A stretch of 55,994 nucleotides of DNA from Nemertoderma westbladi (taxonomy: Eukaryota; Animalia; Xenacoelomorpha), in the NCBI GenBank assembly GCA_032718475.1, contig JAUCBJ010000610.1, positions 1 to 55,994 of the forward strand, written 5' to 3'. The notes beneath the pieces were generated by a model. It worked only from the letters and a program-made list of their open reading frames with translations. It made no database searches and had not been told where the DNA came from. Positions 13,501 to 24,989 of this stretch are shown one piece after another; positions within the stretch are counted from its first letter, which is position 1; each line of letters starts with the position of its first letter. The position numbers and the translations under genes are program-made.

Positions 13501-14229
13501 TGTTATACAGATGATGGCGAAAGCCAGACTTCTCAAGGAGAAGATAGCGGGAAAGACACTGACAGATCTTATTACATAAATAAAATGCCTAAAGATCAGG
13601 TAAGTAAATTCAAGTCTCGAACAAATGACAGGAGAGAACAGGTAAGAAAAACTCCTCCTACGTCTCCCAAGAGAATTCAGGTGAGAAAGCCCGAAGAAAA
13701 AGCAAGTGTACACAATGTTACTCAGAGTAAGGTAAGTAACATCAAACCGAAATGTGCGCTATGTGATGGGACCCATCGCTTAAATATGTGTGATGAATTT
13801 CTAAAGAAATCATTAACTGAGAGACGTGAAGTCATGTGGGACAAGCGGTTGTGCTATAATTGCCTCAGACAAGGACACCAACGGCGAACCTATTACTCTG
13901 ACACAAGATGTGCCAAGTGCGGTGCGAAACATCATATCTTGTTGCACACTGAATTCGAGCGAAATAGTCCGAGTCAGGTAAGTGATTCCGAACTACATGT
14001 CCAATTCAGTGATGTGAACGACACTGATCAATCTGAGATGGAAGGATTCTATACGGATGAGTTCTCCGACGAAAACGAATCCTGTTACATGATAAATACC
14101 ACAGTGTATCGAGCACTCATTTATGAAAAAGATACAGACATTGACCTCGCTCTAACTACTTCTGATCGACAACCATCTTGGAAAGCGCCAACTTCCAATG
14201 TAGGGATTAGAGAATTTCCTGTGGTATAG
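10564..14229 (+). CDS. gag: BEL/Pao-1 Gag (coiled-coil N-terminus, DUF1759-like capsid region, Cys/His knuckles)
   Basis: Motifs FNGDEMKWLPF...KLRFLIECLEG...L.IRYG, CALCDGTH..C and CYNCLRQGH....Y(C lost)....CAKCGAKHHILLH. First ATG at 10564; ends at an in-frame TAG. Confidence 0.9.
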   Translation: MSDTKQNLSDSLLDVTICDSDRGVEPSSPKFSSPPTVRKVIPPVVITEPRLVQHHRSIIGTRAQVKRDQEAAEQQQPASQELISQRPDRSSSEDTVELTPERGARMSDAVYSDPLLILPAAVLTRLLIAVEEHQIDWARSKRSTKDSYEGYTREELTSMVESQWNFPGPGLPFDLSEAAWEDIHRMGVAKETIDPAVWKRSAAGYAQGFFSSMERVKEQLFQQPQGPQEQGQLLYQVRERILRIRLILSAFEEASKRRQDTSLQVAVKTWFQRVSRQVQGTAQWKAQLEERSTHGESTDATFSQVESEATAEKPRKRDAIDIYLSDYQRFLGDEELRRRLDGLSPNSEGAQRVLDAIDVDRLAVNQAKFDEQLRIARDQEERVKKKRIEERKKAAVAAAEAERKAAEEESKAAEMERKAAAAAAEAEAKRKATAAEAEAKRTERIAAEEIAQLELENIQENQDCINKQLTASNMQMMNRSTPKRQGYTSSEEGDTTDTEGKGNRSHLSRRKRTSHRQKLPDLPPAVRRQLNNNLGSTEPTDQIITIERLPTIVDEPEIIRPVPEATLSVVETPVLPEPTSQFPLHSTKLPVPSRTAHETVHALDSERNIQDLSPVVPRPPATTLANPASAVEWVDERRRGMDLLLGQMQETVQQFKGTVRESRLELQEVQQSIALERDKLVNTQKGIPTPPITMCQPVRSEVSHAQGVEPTRIYTASEVETPIVNPIKSNYRPVDNDIPYRPDHNPRNLYTDNSILNNTMAQESFTRQMARTEARQAVKVGEIVKFNGDEMKWLPFNEYYKDNIQNSVLSNGEKLRFLIECLEGSPKLMALKFIGHPDGLRQVWDTLNIRYGNRNNIAGYLYAKLVAPRKFISSGIIEFSDEIQEICRQLDWLGKSHEYQNAMVIRAVASTLPKGGVGTRWDKKVLYMMEQQRRDPTMADLMSFLDGEVKLQLLKLSREKTPENKVSEKPFARRKVTPVCYTDDGESQTSQGEDSGKDTDRSYYINKMPKDQVSKFKSRTNDRREQVRKTPPTSPKRIQVRKPEEKASVHNVTQSKVSNIKPKCALCDGTHRLNMCDEFLKKSLTERREVMWDKRLCYNCLRQGHQRRTYYSDTRCAKCGAKHHILLHTEFERNSPSQVSDSELHVQFSDVNDTDQSEMEGFYTDEFSDENESCYMINTTVYRALIYEKDTDIDLALTTSDRQPSWKAPTSNVGIREFPVV

Positions 14230-17200
14230 GTAAGGGTCCACGGACCAAAAAGGAGTTATGTAGTGAACGCCCTCCTTGACTCCGGTAGTACAGGAACATT
14301 CATCGACAAAGAGCTAGCCGAAGACATATTCGCTGGACAACCCAAGTTCCGAACTAAGCTAAACATGTCAGGGATTATGCAAGTTTGGAAATCCACAGTA
14401 ACAGCGGATTATTATGTAGGTGCGTTGTCCACCCCCCAGGACGAACTAGGAGAACATAGCATAAGGTCAGTGAAAATGGTGGCTATAAAGAACTTCGCTA
14501 CTACTCAAGCAGACCTTTATAATTGGGACGAGGATGAGAGCATCCAACATCTCAAGATACCTCGATTCCAGACAGATTATCCTGGAGTGCAAATACTCAT
14601 CGGCCAAAACGCGCATGAGGCGCTCGAGACATTGGAGAAACGGCCTGCTCAACCGCAGCCACTACAGACCTATGCGGTTAGAACTAGAGTAGGTTGGTAC
14701 TTTACTGGCCCTTCCCGTAGAACTCTCATAGAAAGATTACCGAAAGATCAGGTATATCAAGTGCGAGAATGGGAAGTTGAGAACAGTGAGTTCGACGATC
14801 CAACTGAGGGAACTCCATACTCCTCAGACAACGACGATATACATCAACTCTTTGATGAGGAGAATGCCATCGATCTCCTTAAGGAGAGCGAGACTTGGCA
14901 AAATCAAGTGAACTTATGTCAACTCCTTCTCCCATCCGAGCGAGACGACTATAACGACGAGCTTAATGACGTCATTGAACGTTATAATGCCAAGACTCGG
15001 GATGAACACGCCGTGAGATTCTTTACTCAAGAGGTCGTAGAGCCCAACTCCTACGATAAGGCCCTATCGGTGGAGGAAGAAAGAGCCAAGCAGATCCAAG
15101 CGACAACTACTCGTTTTCTTAAAGATCAAGGTAGATATGAGATCGGTCTTCTTTTCCGAAAGCGAGAACCAAAGTTCATTAACAACAGACCTTTGGCGGA
15201 GAAAAGAATTGCTCAACTACATCGACGCCTTACGGCAAATTCTTCAGCTAAAGAAATGTATCAAACGCAGTTGAAGAAGTTTATTAGCAAGGGATATGCG
15301 GAGCTACTACCGGAAGAAACACCCATAACTGAGAGAACGTATTATTTAACTCACCATTACGTTCCCAAACCCGGTAAACCCCATGAAGTACGAGTGGTGT
15401 TTGACGGTTCCGCCCTTTATATGGGCCAATCTCTTAATTCTGAATTGTTACCCGGACCCAACTTACTCCAATCCTTGTTGGGAATACTACTAAGATTAAG
15501 ACAATACTCCATTGCTTTCGCCTCAGATATAGAAGGCATGTTCTTACAAGTCAAAGCGCTGGATAGGGATCGAGATAGCCTACGATTTTTGTGGTGGCCT
15601 GAAGGAGACCTCAATAAGAAACCTGTGGAGTATTGGATGACCATCCAAGCCTTTGGGATAATCTCGAGCCCTTCAAACGCCTGTTCCGTGGTGCGCACCA
15701 CTGCGGATGACAACCGAGACGCCTTCTCTAAAGAAGTGATCGACAATATCAAACGAGACATCTACATGGATGATAATCTGAAGTCCCTTCCATCAGTCGA
15801 AGAAGCCATTGAGGTCGCTAAAGGAACGGTGGAATGCTTAAAGAAAGGTGGATTTCGATTAACTAAATTCACCAGCAACTCCCGTGAGTTTCTGGAGTCG
15901 ATCCCGGTAGAAGATCGAGGAACAAAAGACCTAGATCTAATAAAGGATGATCTCCCAGAAACTAAGACCCTTGGTTTGAAATGGGACACAGAAAGAGATA
16001 TCCTGTTTTTCCAACTAAAACAGCGAGATAATCCAGTTCGGACTAAACGGATTTGTTTAAGTATCCTGAGCACTTATTTCGATCCATTGGGATTTATTAG
16101 CCCAGTTATATTAATTGCTCGGAGTTTAGTACAACAAATGTGGCTTGAAAACCACTCATGGGACGATCCACTTAAGGGAGAATTATTAAAGAAGTGGATG
16201 AAATGGGAAGATTCTCTACCAGCCATCGAAAACTTTATAATTTCCCGTTCATATTTTGGTCATGTTCTCCCTACGTATTCATATCAACTCCATGTGTTTG
16301 GAGACGCCAGCAATATGGGAATCGGTATAGTAGCCTACCTAAGGGTGGAAACTCCGGACGGAATTAAAGTCGCCTTGGTTACCTCTAAGGCATTTAATAA
16401 ACAACAAGTTGAAAGTTCCTCGAGCGGAGTTAAAAGCGGCTCTATACGCTACAGCCATCGGCCGGAATATAACAGAACAGATCGACTATCCCCTGGAGAA
16501 AACTGTCTATTGGACCGACGCTTTACTCGTGTTGGAGTATATAACCAATGAAGTCTGTCAGTTCAGCGTCTTCGTTACCAACAGAGTAGCTATTATACTC
16601 AGTCGCACGACGATGGATCAATGGAGACATTGCCCCGGAACGATTAATCCAGCAGACATCGCTTCCAGGGGAGCAACTCCACAAGAACTGGTAGATACTC
16701 CAGACTGGTTAGGTGGACCCGACTTCCTCTACAAAGAAGAAGAAGAATGGCCTCCTCATCTTACTACAGCAGAAATTAGACAGGCCAAGGGAGCGGAGAA
16801 AGTCAAACCTAAAACTCAGGCGAGTAAATCGAAGTTATTCAAACCCACAGTGGATCTGTCTGTACTACATACTTCCGGAGACGACGCTTTGGATCAGAAA
16901 CCCACAGCCACAAATAAACCCATTGTGGAAATCCGTGATAAGGATTGGAAATCTGGTATACCAGACGTCTCGCAAGGACTCTCACCTCTTCTGCAGAGAG
17001 CGATACATCACTACAGTTCCTGGAATCGGCTCTGTAAGGCTGTTACATATTTAAAGAGATGTTTTCACCATCACTACTCTGGGATGAAAACAAAGGGTGA
17101 TACCGCTCCAATCACATCAGTGCAGGTCCATGTTATTAAAGATCTTCCCCCATATAAGATACCCACCAGGTTTCTGAAGGAGAAGATCAGTTATCAGGAG

Positions 17201-18648
17201 CATGAAGAAACCAACAAACAGATGCTGAGACTCTTACAATGCTATGAAGATTCCGATAAGTATTTCCTGTTGTTGAGAAATCCACAGATGCGCTTAAGGG
17301 ATCGTTTCTCTAGCACAATGATAGATGGGTTGATACGTGTTGGAGGAAGGTTAACGAATGCCCCATTATCCTTTGATACTAAGTTCCCCATACTCATTAG
17401 AAATCTTGAAATACAAGTCAAGATGATTGTAGATGTTCACAGCAAACTTTATCATGCTGGTAGAGAACGAGTTCTTAGTGAAATTCGAACTCGCTATTAT
17501 TTTTATAAACCCCGTAGAGCTCTGAACCAAGTTCTTAGGAACTGTATACCCTGTAGGAAAGCATTCAGTAGGCCTTTAACACAGAGAGAGGCAGAATTAC
17601 CTAGGGAACGAGTAAGCTTTTATGAACCACCCTTTACTAATACCGGTGTGGATTTATTTGGCCCTATTGAAGTATATCGTGCTAGGACTATAGTCAAGAG
17701 ATGGTGTGTAATCTTTGTTTGTATGACTTGTAGAGCCATCCATCTCGATATGGTGAACGATTTATCTACCAACAGCTTTCTATTAAGCTTACGACGACAG
17801 ATCGCTCGCTTTGGCACTAGTAACACGATGAGATCTGATAAGGGAACAAACTTCATTGGTGCCAACAATGAAATCAAAGCTTACGTCAAAGATTGGAACC
17901 AAAGACAGGTGGACGACCAACTACGAGTAACAGCGTCTAGTTGGACCTTCAACGCCGCCGACGCCCCTTGGTGGGGAGGAAGTTGGGAGAGATTAATAAG
18001 AAGTGTGAAGACGGCATTTCATTTTATAGTGCCTTGTCGCGCTTATCTCACCGACGAACTTTTGCGGACGTTAATGGAAGAAATCGCTGCCTATCTCAAC
18101 GAGAGACCGCTTATGCCAGTCTCATCGAGTCCCGATTCCCTGGAGGCGCTAACACCCGCGCACTTCCTGCTGAAGAAACCTGTAGCCATGCTCCCACAAT
18201 CGGAAATCACAGACGGAGACGAATACTGCCGACAAACTTGGCAACTCATGCAGTTGTTATCCCGTCGTTTCGTGACCATTTCGAAAAACATTATCTGCCC
18301 ACGCTACAACTTCGAACTAAGTGGTTTGCGCAGCAAGAAAACGTCAGCGCTGGAGACATGGTGCTTATTGTGGATGTGGATCTTCCACGTAAGCGGTGGC
18401 AGACAGGTCGTATAATCGAGACGCACATCTCGGATGACGGTTTGGTGCGATCGGTAGAACTCGTCGTCATGCGACGTAACTTCAAGAAACCGGGAATTGT
18501 CTTCGAGACGCAGCAGCTCAATCGCCCAGTGGGTCGTTTATGTTTACTGGAAAGAGACAGAGAACTCTCCGGAAACTATGGGAGACAAGATACTCTTCCC
18601 ACGACCACTTCCCTAATCCAACAAACATCTAGGGACTCCCCAACTTAA
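14230..18648 (+). pseudogene. pol: BEL/Pao-1 Pol (PR, RT, RNase H, IN, C-terminal DUF5641-like domain) with two frameshifts
   Basis: Motifs LLDSGS, RVVFD, YMDD, HVFGDAS, PRAEL, NPADIASRG, H..LYH..C..C, GVDLFGP/SDKGTNF/WERL and DGLVRSV...RPV.RL. The frame changes at ~16395 and ~18270. Confidence 0.92.
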
Positions 18649-19203
18649 CAACGGCTGGAGTGGGTGTGTGACCATATTATTTTATATTTGTATTTGTTTT
18701 ATTTTTATATTTATGTATGTATTATTATGTAATTTTATTTTAATCGTTTTATTTAATTTTATTTAGTAGTATGGTATTTTAGAGATTATTTAGTAGATTA
18801 GTGCAATATATATTCGCGTTTATTATTTAATTACGTATATTATATATTAAGTGCGACGGCGAGAAATAATTCTTTTTTCTCTTTCCTTACTGTCCGTAGT
18901 ACATTATAAATGTGTGACTACAGTAAGATGAAATGTCCGTACTTATTAAAGTACAATAAAGCCACTACTATATTCAAGTATTATTGGTAGGCAGAGTATT
19001 AGGAATGCAAAGTTCAGATCCTCATGTCTCGGCTAAACCAAGCTCTGGGTAGACCTTGGAAATGACTTGCCTCTTCACACTGACATTGCTTCGTGCGATA
19101 TTGCTCTCATACCGTATATTAAATAATACATATAGTAGCGTGATGTCCCTTTAACAGTAGCGTATAACGCAAAATAAATCTGTTAAACCCTTTGACCATC
19201 TGT

Positions 19204-19495
19204 AATTCTAGTCGATTAAGATATCGCGGCACCCACCGATATACTTGAAAGACAAATTTCTAGAATCAATGGTTAACGTCCCCAGACAAGTTCTGGAATA
19301 AACTGGTGCCCATCCTAAATATTAATTATTAATATTTACAAAAATCTGTCAAATATCAGATCCGTTAAAATTCTAGTCGATTAAGATATCGTAGCATTTA
19401 CCGATACTCTTAAAAGGACAAAATTCCTAGAATCAAGGATCCCAGTCCCCAGACACGTTCTGGAATAAAATTGTGTCTATTTAACATTAAATAAT
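19204..19495 (+). repeat. Tandem ~163-bp duplicated hairpin-forming motif in the BEL/Pao-1 3' region
   Basis: AATTCTAGTCGATTAAGATATCG...CTAGAATCAA...GTCCCCAGACA.GTTCTGGAATAAA occurs at ~19204 and ~19368. Confidence 0.85.
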
Positions 19496-20278
19496 AAAAT
19501 TTACGGGAATAAATTTAAATTCAGATATTTCAATGAATTTAATAAATTGTCATTTTATACAATTTATAACATTCCCAAAATTCCATTAATTAATAGATCA
19601 TGGGAGCGGAGATTCACTTTATTAAGTGTATTTGTGTGCGAGAATCTCCAATGTATAGTCAATAGCCGATAAAATTCATAGAATCATGTATAAAGATGAT
19701 ATTGACTATTAAAGACTTACTATTAAATAGCATCCCAGATCTGTATGCATGAGAATTACCCTAATTCTACCGCTAGCTTTCCATAATGTCACCATGGCAA
19801 CAACCACGCTAGAATTAGAAGTGAGTTAAAAGAACAATAAAGGGCTTGCGCATTGAATAGCATAGTGAATAAATAGCGCACCGCTAGTATCCAAGGATAC
19901 ATAATAACAACGTGACATTCTGGAAGGCACTTGACTAACGGACAAATGACCCGAATGTGTGATAGAATGTGTACCATTTGTGACTGTTACGTGGAATTTG
20001 TGCGTTTGTAGGTGAATGTTACTACTAAGGTGTGTTTACAGTAGCGAGTCGCAATTGTGAAAGTAACCCTAACTCTCCAGTAAGAACCTGAAGTATATCT
20101 AAGCCTTTGGGACGGACGGTGGAGTGGCTCGTGCTGGTTGTTGTAGTCGTTGTGCAGCTACGACGTTGGCGATAGGCACATCGGCGAAAGTACACCAGCG
20201 CTGAGGATCTCGCACTGTCCGGGGGCAGAGAGGGGTAGGCAGCGACGCCCGCTCGCCTAAATATAAACTCATTATAAT

Positions 20279-21697
20279 ATGGATAAATTTATATAGCAGA
20301 TATGATTGAGTTGATAGAAGATGATCTTGGTATCAGGGAGCGATATACTCTACCTTTACAAGCGTTTGTTGATAGCTTGATACACGGCGACGCTTAACTA
20401 CTGGTCATCCTATCGATTTACACGATACGGACAATGTCGACACCAAAAGGGAAATGGTACGATTGAAATATCCTACCCAGCGGAGGCGGAACGATAAACC
20501 GAGAATGGAACACGATAATTCTATTCGAAACAGACTCGAAAGAGAAGACGTTGAGGAGCCGGATAAACGCAGCGACTTCAACGATTATCTGGAATTCCTG
20601 ATAGAAACATATCTCAATATTGCCAGTCAACAAAATCTAGAAACTCGATATCCTCAAGGTATACATCATGACCGCATGGTAGAACTCAAACGGCTCTATT
20701 CCCCTATGATGTATCTTACCGCCGATCGACCGCTACCTGTTGTACCACACCGAATAGCTTCGAACGGATGGAGGAATATTGTAAGCTGGAGAAAGATCAC
20801 TCGCGTTTCCCCTACAAGACGTACGTTTTTGGGTATTATTGCGATGAATGCCCAAGACCCAACCAACAAACGGAAAGACATAAACATCCGCGGAGACGTT
20901 GCTTTAAACACGGTTTTACTCGCTATACTTACGGGAGTTTCGAGCGAAACTTGTTCGATGTATCACCTACGCTCGTTCGACTCAGACGATCCTTAAATAA
21001 ACCAATGATCAGAGTTTCGGAATACTCGATCAGAGCTCCTCATTCCCTAGTGAGACCTCAGACTCTTGATCCTATTAGTATGACGGATCCTCCCGAGCTG
21101 TACTCACTGCTCAAAGATATAGTGTTACCTGAACGATTAGTCGGTGGCACCCCAGTTGTGGGCTTCTTAGATATTAGCCCATCCTACCTAGCCGGATTGG
21201 GACGCGGACATTTAATATCGCCGTTTAACCCTTACCATCGTCCCGGCTTAACACGATATAACCTGTCACCAAAGTGGCGGAGAACGTTGTACCTAACGAG
21301 TTAAACGCTATTCTACAAAGATAAGAAAGGAAACCTGCGTTTGTTCAGATAAACGTAAGTTGTAACAGCAAGTCCAAGCGATAAACGAATTGTCTTTATC
21401 TCAGTTCGATTGTGAAATCCAGAATCTCTAAGAAGATATCGAACTTAGACAACCCCATTCTCTGCGAGAGTTTTTGGATGAACGTATCCAGCTACGAGCG
21501 GAGGAAAATCAGCTCGAGGAGAAGCATATCGAAACGGCAGATACCCCGACCATAATCCTACACCTTCTGATGCAATCATATTGCACCCTTCACCCAGGAT
21601 TTATAGCCCTCCTAGTAAAGTGGCTCGCCCCAAAGAGAAAAGGACTCTTGCTAGCCTCAAAAGGCTGCGTAAACGCCGTCCGCGTAAGAAAGACTAA
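20279..21697 (+). pseudogene. Decayed accessory ORF(s) between pol and the 3' LTR of BEL/Pao-1; function unknown
   Basis: Coding-like base composition; overlapping ORFs 20454-20996, 20768-21304 and 21474+; Cys/His cluster; basic tail KRLRKRRPRKKD*; several stops and frameshifts. Confidence 0.5.
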
Positions 21698-21776
21698 CTG
21701 TTTAGAGTATTTTTATATTTTAGAAACTGTGATTTGTTATATTTTATAGACTTAAATACCCATTTTCTGGGAGCGG

Positions 21777-22924
21777 TGTAAAAGCTTTTGCGTAATTAAC
21801 CGGTTATTTCCCCTTAAAGTACTCTGTAGTTGGTTTGCCAGGCATAAAAAGGCCGTGTCCTTGCTGTACTGGTGTTTTAGAGGACATAAAAGTCATTTCT
21901 TCTGTATTTGTACTTTAGAGGACATAATCCGCAATCTCGTGACGCGATAAGCTAGATACTCTTGAAAACAGTGTCGCTACCACGACGACGGCTAGCAGCT
22001 GATATTGCCACGTCGACATTTCTTTGTTTCTTTGTTCTCTCGTTGTTCGGTTGACCAATCAGAGCGTTTTTTGTCTCTGTGTTGGAGGTGTATACAGAAC
22101 TCAGTAGTTCAGTGTTATGTTTTTGCCCAGAGCCTAAGAACACCGGCTTTTGGCACCTCCGTGTTTTCAGTCTTTAGTCTTACATTAGTAGGCTTAATTA
22201 TAGAACGTATATCTGTTATCACAAGTTAACTCATTCACTTAATAATCATTTATACATTAATATTACTGCTTTTAATGTCGGTTATTCGTTATATTTGCTG
22301 ATGAAATATTATATCGGAATACTGATCAATAGTCAGACACCCCACCTTCTTGATATACTAAAGGTTAGAGAGACCGGTTACAGATAAACGATTGCGACCT
22401 ATGTTAAGTGGTTTGAAGTGAATCTAATGCTATTTCATATGCCCAACATAAATTGTCTGTTGCTCTCTTTATACGTGACTAAATTTAGTGAAGGTCGGCA
22501 GATTAGTGTGCTGTATTGTGCAGCATTGTGTATGAGTGTAACTGATAACAAAGCATATCCTAAAGAATGCGCCATATACGTGAATCTATAGCCTTTTCGT
22601 TGTGTCTAGTTTAAGTCATAACTCTGTTTACATATTTAGAGCGCCATGTCCTAAAGGAACTGTTGATATTTCCCGAAAGTGAATAATATTTGTCAGAGAT
22701 TATATATTACGATCAGTCGAATAATACAGTAGGCTTACACCATCAATCATTAAGCTCCGAACTCAGTCTCCCGGGTATATCCAACGGGTGAATGATTGCG
22801 CATAGACTGGCTTCGGCTAATGTAGTGTATTAAATACTCGTCATAGGCTAAAGACTATCTATCATCCAAAAGACATTCTAATTTTGGCAGGTTAAACTGT
22901 CAAAGGTCTTCAAAAGCGCAAACA
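21777..22924 (+). repeat. 3' LTR of BEL/Pao-1
   Basis: Repeat of 7229-8376, preceded by a PPT and followed by TSD GAATG. Confidence 0.97.
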
Positions 22925-22929
22925 GAATG

Positions 22930-24212
22930 GATAGCTTATTATCAACCAACCACTCATTACGGATTCTAGAACTGCACTTAACTTTTGGGAAATATGGATA
23001 GGATCTTTATGAGAGAAAATAAGAGCACTGTCGTCGGCATATAAAATGAGTTTAAAATCGGGATCTATACTACTTATCATATCATTTACATAGCAAACAA
23101 AAAGCAGAGGACCAAATATACTACCTTGCGGTACACCACAGGTAATTTCTTGTACAGTAGACTGCGATTTGCTAATGACTACAGTTTGACCTCTGTCTGA
23201 CAGGTAGGACTTGAACCAGTCTATAAAACCTACACCCATCAGGCCTAACTTACCAAGTAGAATTTAGTGATCTACAGTATCGAAAGCCTTTTGTAGGTCC
23301 AACATTATCATACAGTACCAGTATATAAATAAACCCTTTGCGTTATTACATCTAATTGTATCAGTTAAGTTAATAAGGCAAGTGTCTGTAGAATATAATT
23401 TACGAAAACCGGACTGAAGTTCATAGATCAGATTTAGTCTACTAAGATGTGCTTCCAGCTGTAGAAAAACAGAACGTTCTAGAATTTTAGATACAATACT
23501 TAAGATACTAACAGGTCTGTAATTACAGGGCTCTACTTTACTATTCTTTTTATACAGAGGAACAACCTTAGCTAATTTCAGTTCGTCTGGTACTACATTA
23601 TCTACGATATAGTAATTAATAATAAAAGTAATAGGCACTTTAAGTACTTCAGCACCATCCTTAAGAAAACGGGCAGGTATTAGGTCTAGACCGGTACTTT
23701 TTGAGGATGATAGGCTAAGTAGATTTTGAAAAACGAAATCCTCAGAAACGGGTTTTAAAAATAACTTTTCTGAATTTTGTAACTTTTCTAAATAAAAATT
23801 ATTTAGAGTTTCGGACCCTATACTATATTTATTACTTGATAACGGTAACTTCTTAACTAAATTTGAGGCAACATTAGTAAAATAATTATTAAATAAATTA
23901 CTAACTAGAGTGATCATGTACCAGCTCACCGTTATCTTGCAGAACAATATTCGATTTAGATTTACGGTTTTTATAACCTAAAGATTTTAGGGTAGACCAT
24001 AGACTTTTAGGATTATCTTTATTCCCACTTATTTTGTTGTACAAATATTCAGATTTAGCTTTTTTTATTTCCCGTTGGACAAGGTTTCTATATTTGCAGT
24101 AATTATTATAATCAGCTAAAACACTGTATTTCCTAAATTTATACAAATAGTTATCTCTTTCTCTGATATTACTAAGAATACCCGAGGTCATCCAGGGCTC
24201 AGTGCATTGTTT
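22930..24212 (-). pseudogene. CR1/L2-group LINE ORF2 (RT), 5'-truncated and frameshifted; right half of the split LINE
   Basis: Motifs PWMT..I...IRERD, KSTGLDLIP, NYRPVSIL, QSGFR, DLQKAFDTVDH, GVPQGS and LYADD. Confidence 0.93.
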
Positions 24213-24478
24213 GCCTTTAGAAATATATCTTTAAAAACAGTGTACGCAAGGTTAATGCCAGCGGCCTTGTCCGACAACACTTAGGCCTATGTGTGGTGTA
24301 GGCCTACTACTAAAGGTAAAATTAAAAAAAAAATTACTAATAGTGCGGTTAGTTTACCCACTAAGTTATAATATAAGTACCCACTAAGACAGTTTATACA
24401 CTGACTATGCCCGTTGATCTGGGGACAACGCCTGTTGCTATTGAATATTTCGAATGTTGACAACGGCCATTTTTGATA

Positions 24479-24593
24479 ATGGTCACCCAAAAACTTTAAT
24501 TCACATTGACTGTGGCCATTTACATTTTCTTGGTGTCGTCGCCATTTTTAGGTGTTGTCACAAGTTCCACCTATCACGTGGAAGTTATGGTAG
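24479..24593 (+). pseudogene. Putative exon 1 (signal peptide) of an FN2-domain gene, with a nonsense codon at codon 7
   Basis: Translates as MVTQKL*FTLTVAIYIFLVSSPFLGVVTSSTYHVEVMV. The AG|GTTTGT donor is phase 1, matching the next exon. Confidence 0.5.
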
Positions 24594-24785
24594 GTTTGTT
24601 TTAATACTGTATTTGAATGATAATGGGGTATTACATTATAAAACATCTGTGATCGGATATATAAGACTTCTCACAACCTGTTACTATGGCAACAAACCCC
24701 CTGGTCAGATTAGGCGAGGTAAAAACATCCCTTCGTCAGCAAATACTGGATATTGGAAGCCTATAATTTTTATTATTTGTTACAG

Positions 24786-24989
24786 ACATTTGTAAAACAG
24801 AGGGCGGAAAGGATTGCGTGTTTCCTTTCAAAGCTGACACGGTTGATACAAATGATTACAATGAATGTCTTCATGAACCTGTAGCAGACAAATATTGGTG
24901 TGCTCTTACCGTAACTGGCGCTGCGAGTGGGGCATACACTGGAGTCGCGGATGCAGATAACTGGGGATACTGTGAGACAGGATGCCCAG
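24786..24989 (+). CDS. Host exon encoding a fibronectin type II domain
   Basis: TTACAG|...CCAG|GTAAAT, 204 bp, phase 1-1. Translates as (D)ICKTEGGKDCVFPFK...YNECL...KYWCA...NWGYCETGCP, matching the FN2 pattern C.FPF...Y..C...WC...WGYC. Confidence 0.85.

Larger units (their letters stand above)
7229..22924 (+). mobile_element. Full-length BEL/Pao LTR retrotransposon 1 (15.7 kb)
   Basis: 1148-bp TG...CA LTRs; TSD GAATG (7224-7228 and 22925-22929); purine tract GGGAGCGG at 21769-21776; gag-PR-RT-RH-IN order with Pao-type motifs. Confidence 0.97.

Noticed and set aside
20279-21697. env gene in BEL/Pao-1
   Set aside because: No signal peptide, fusion-protein pattern or transmembrane anchor is visible.
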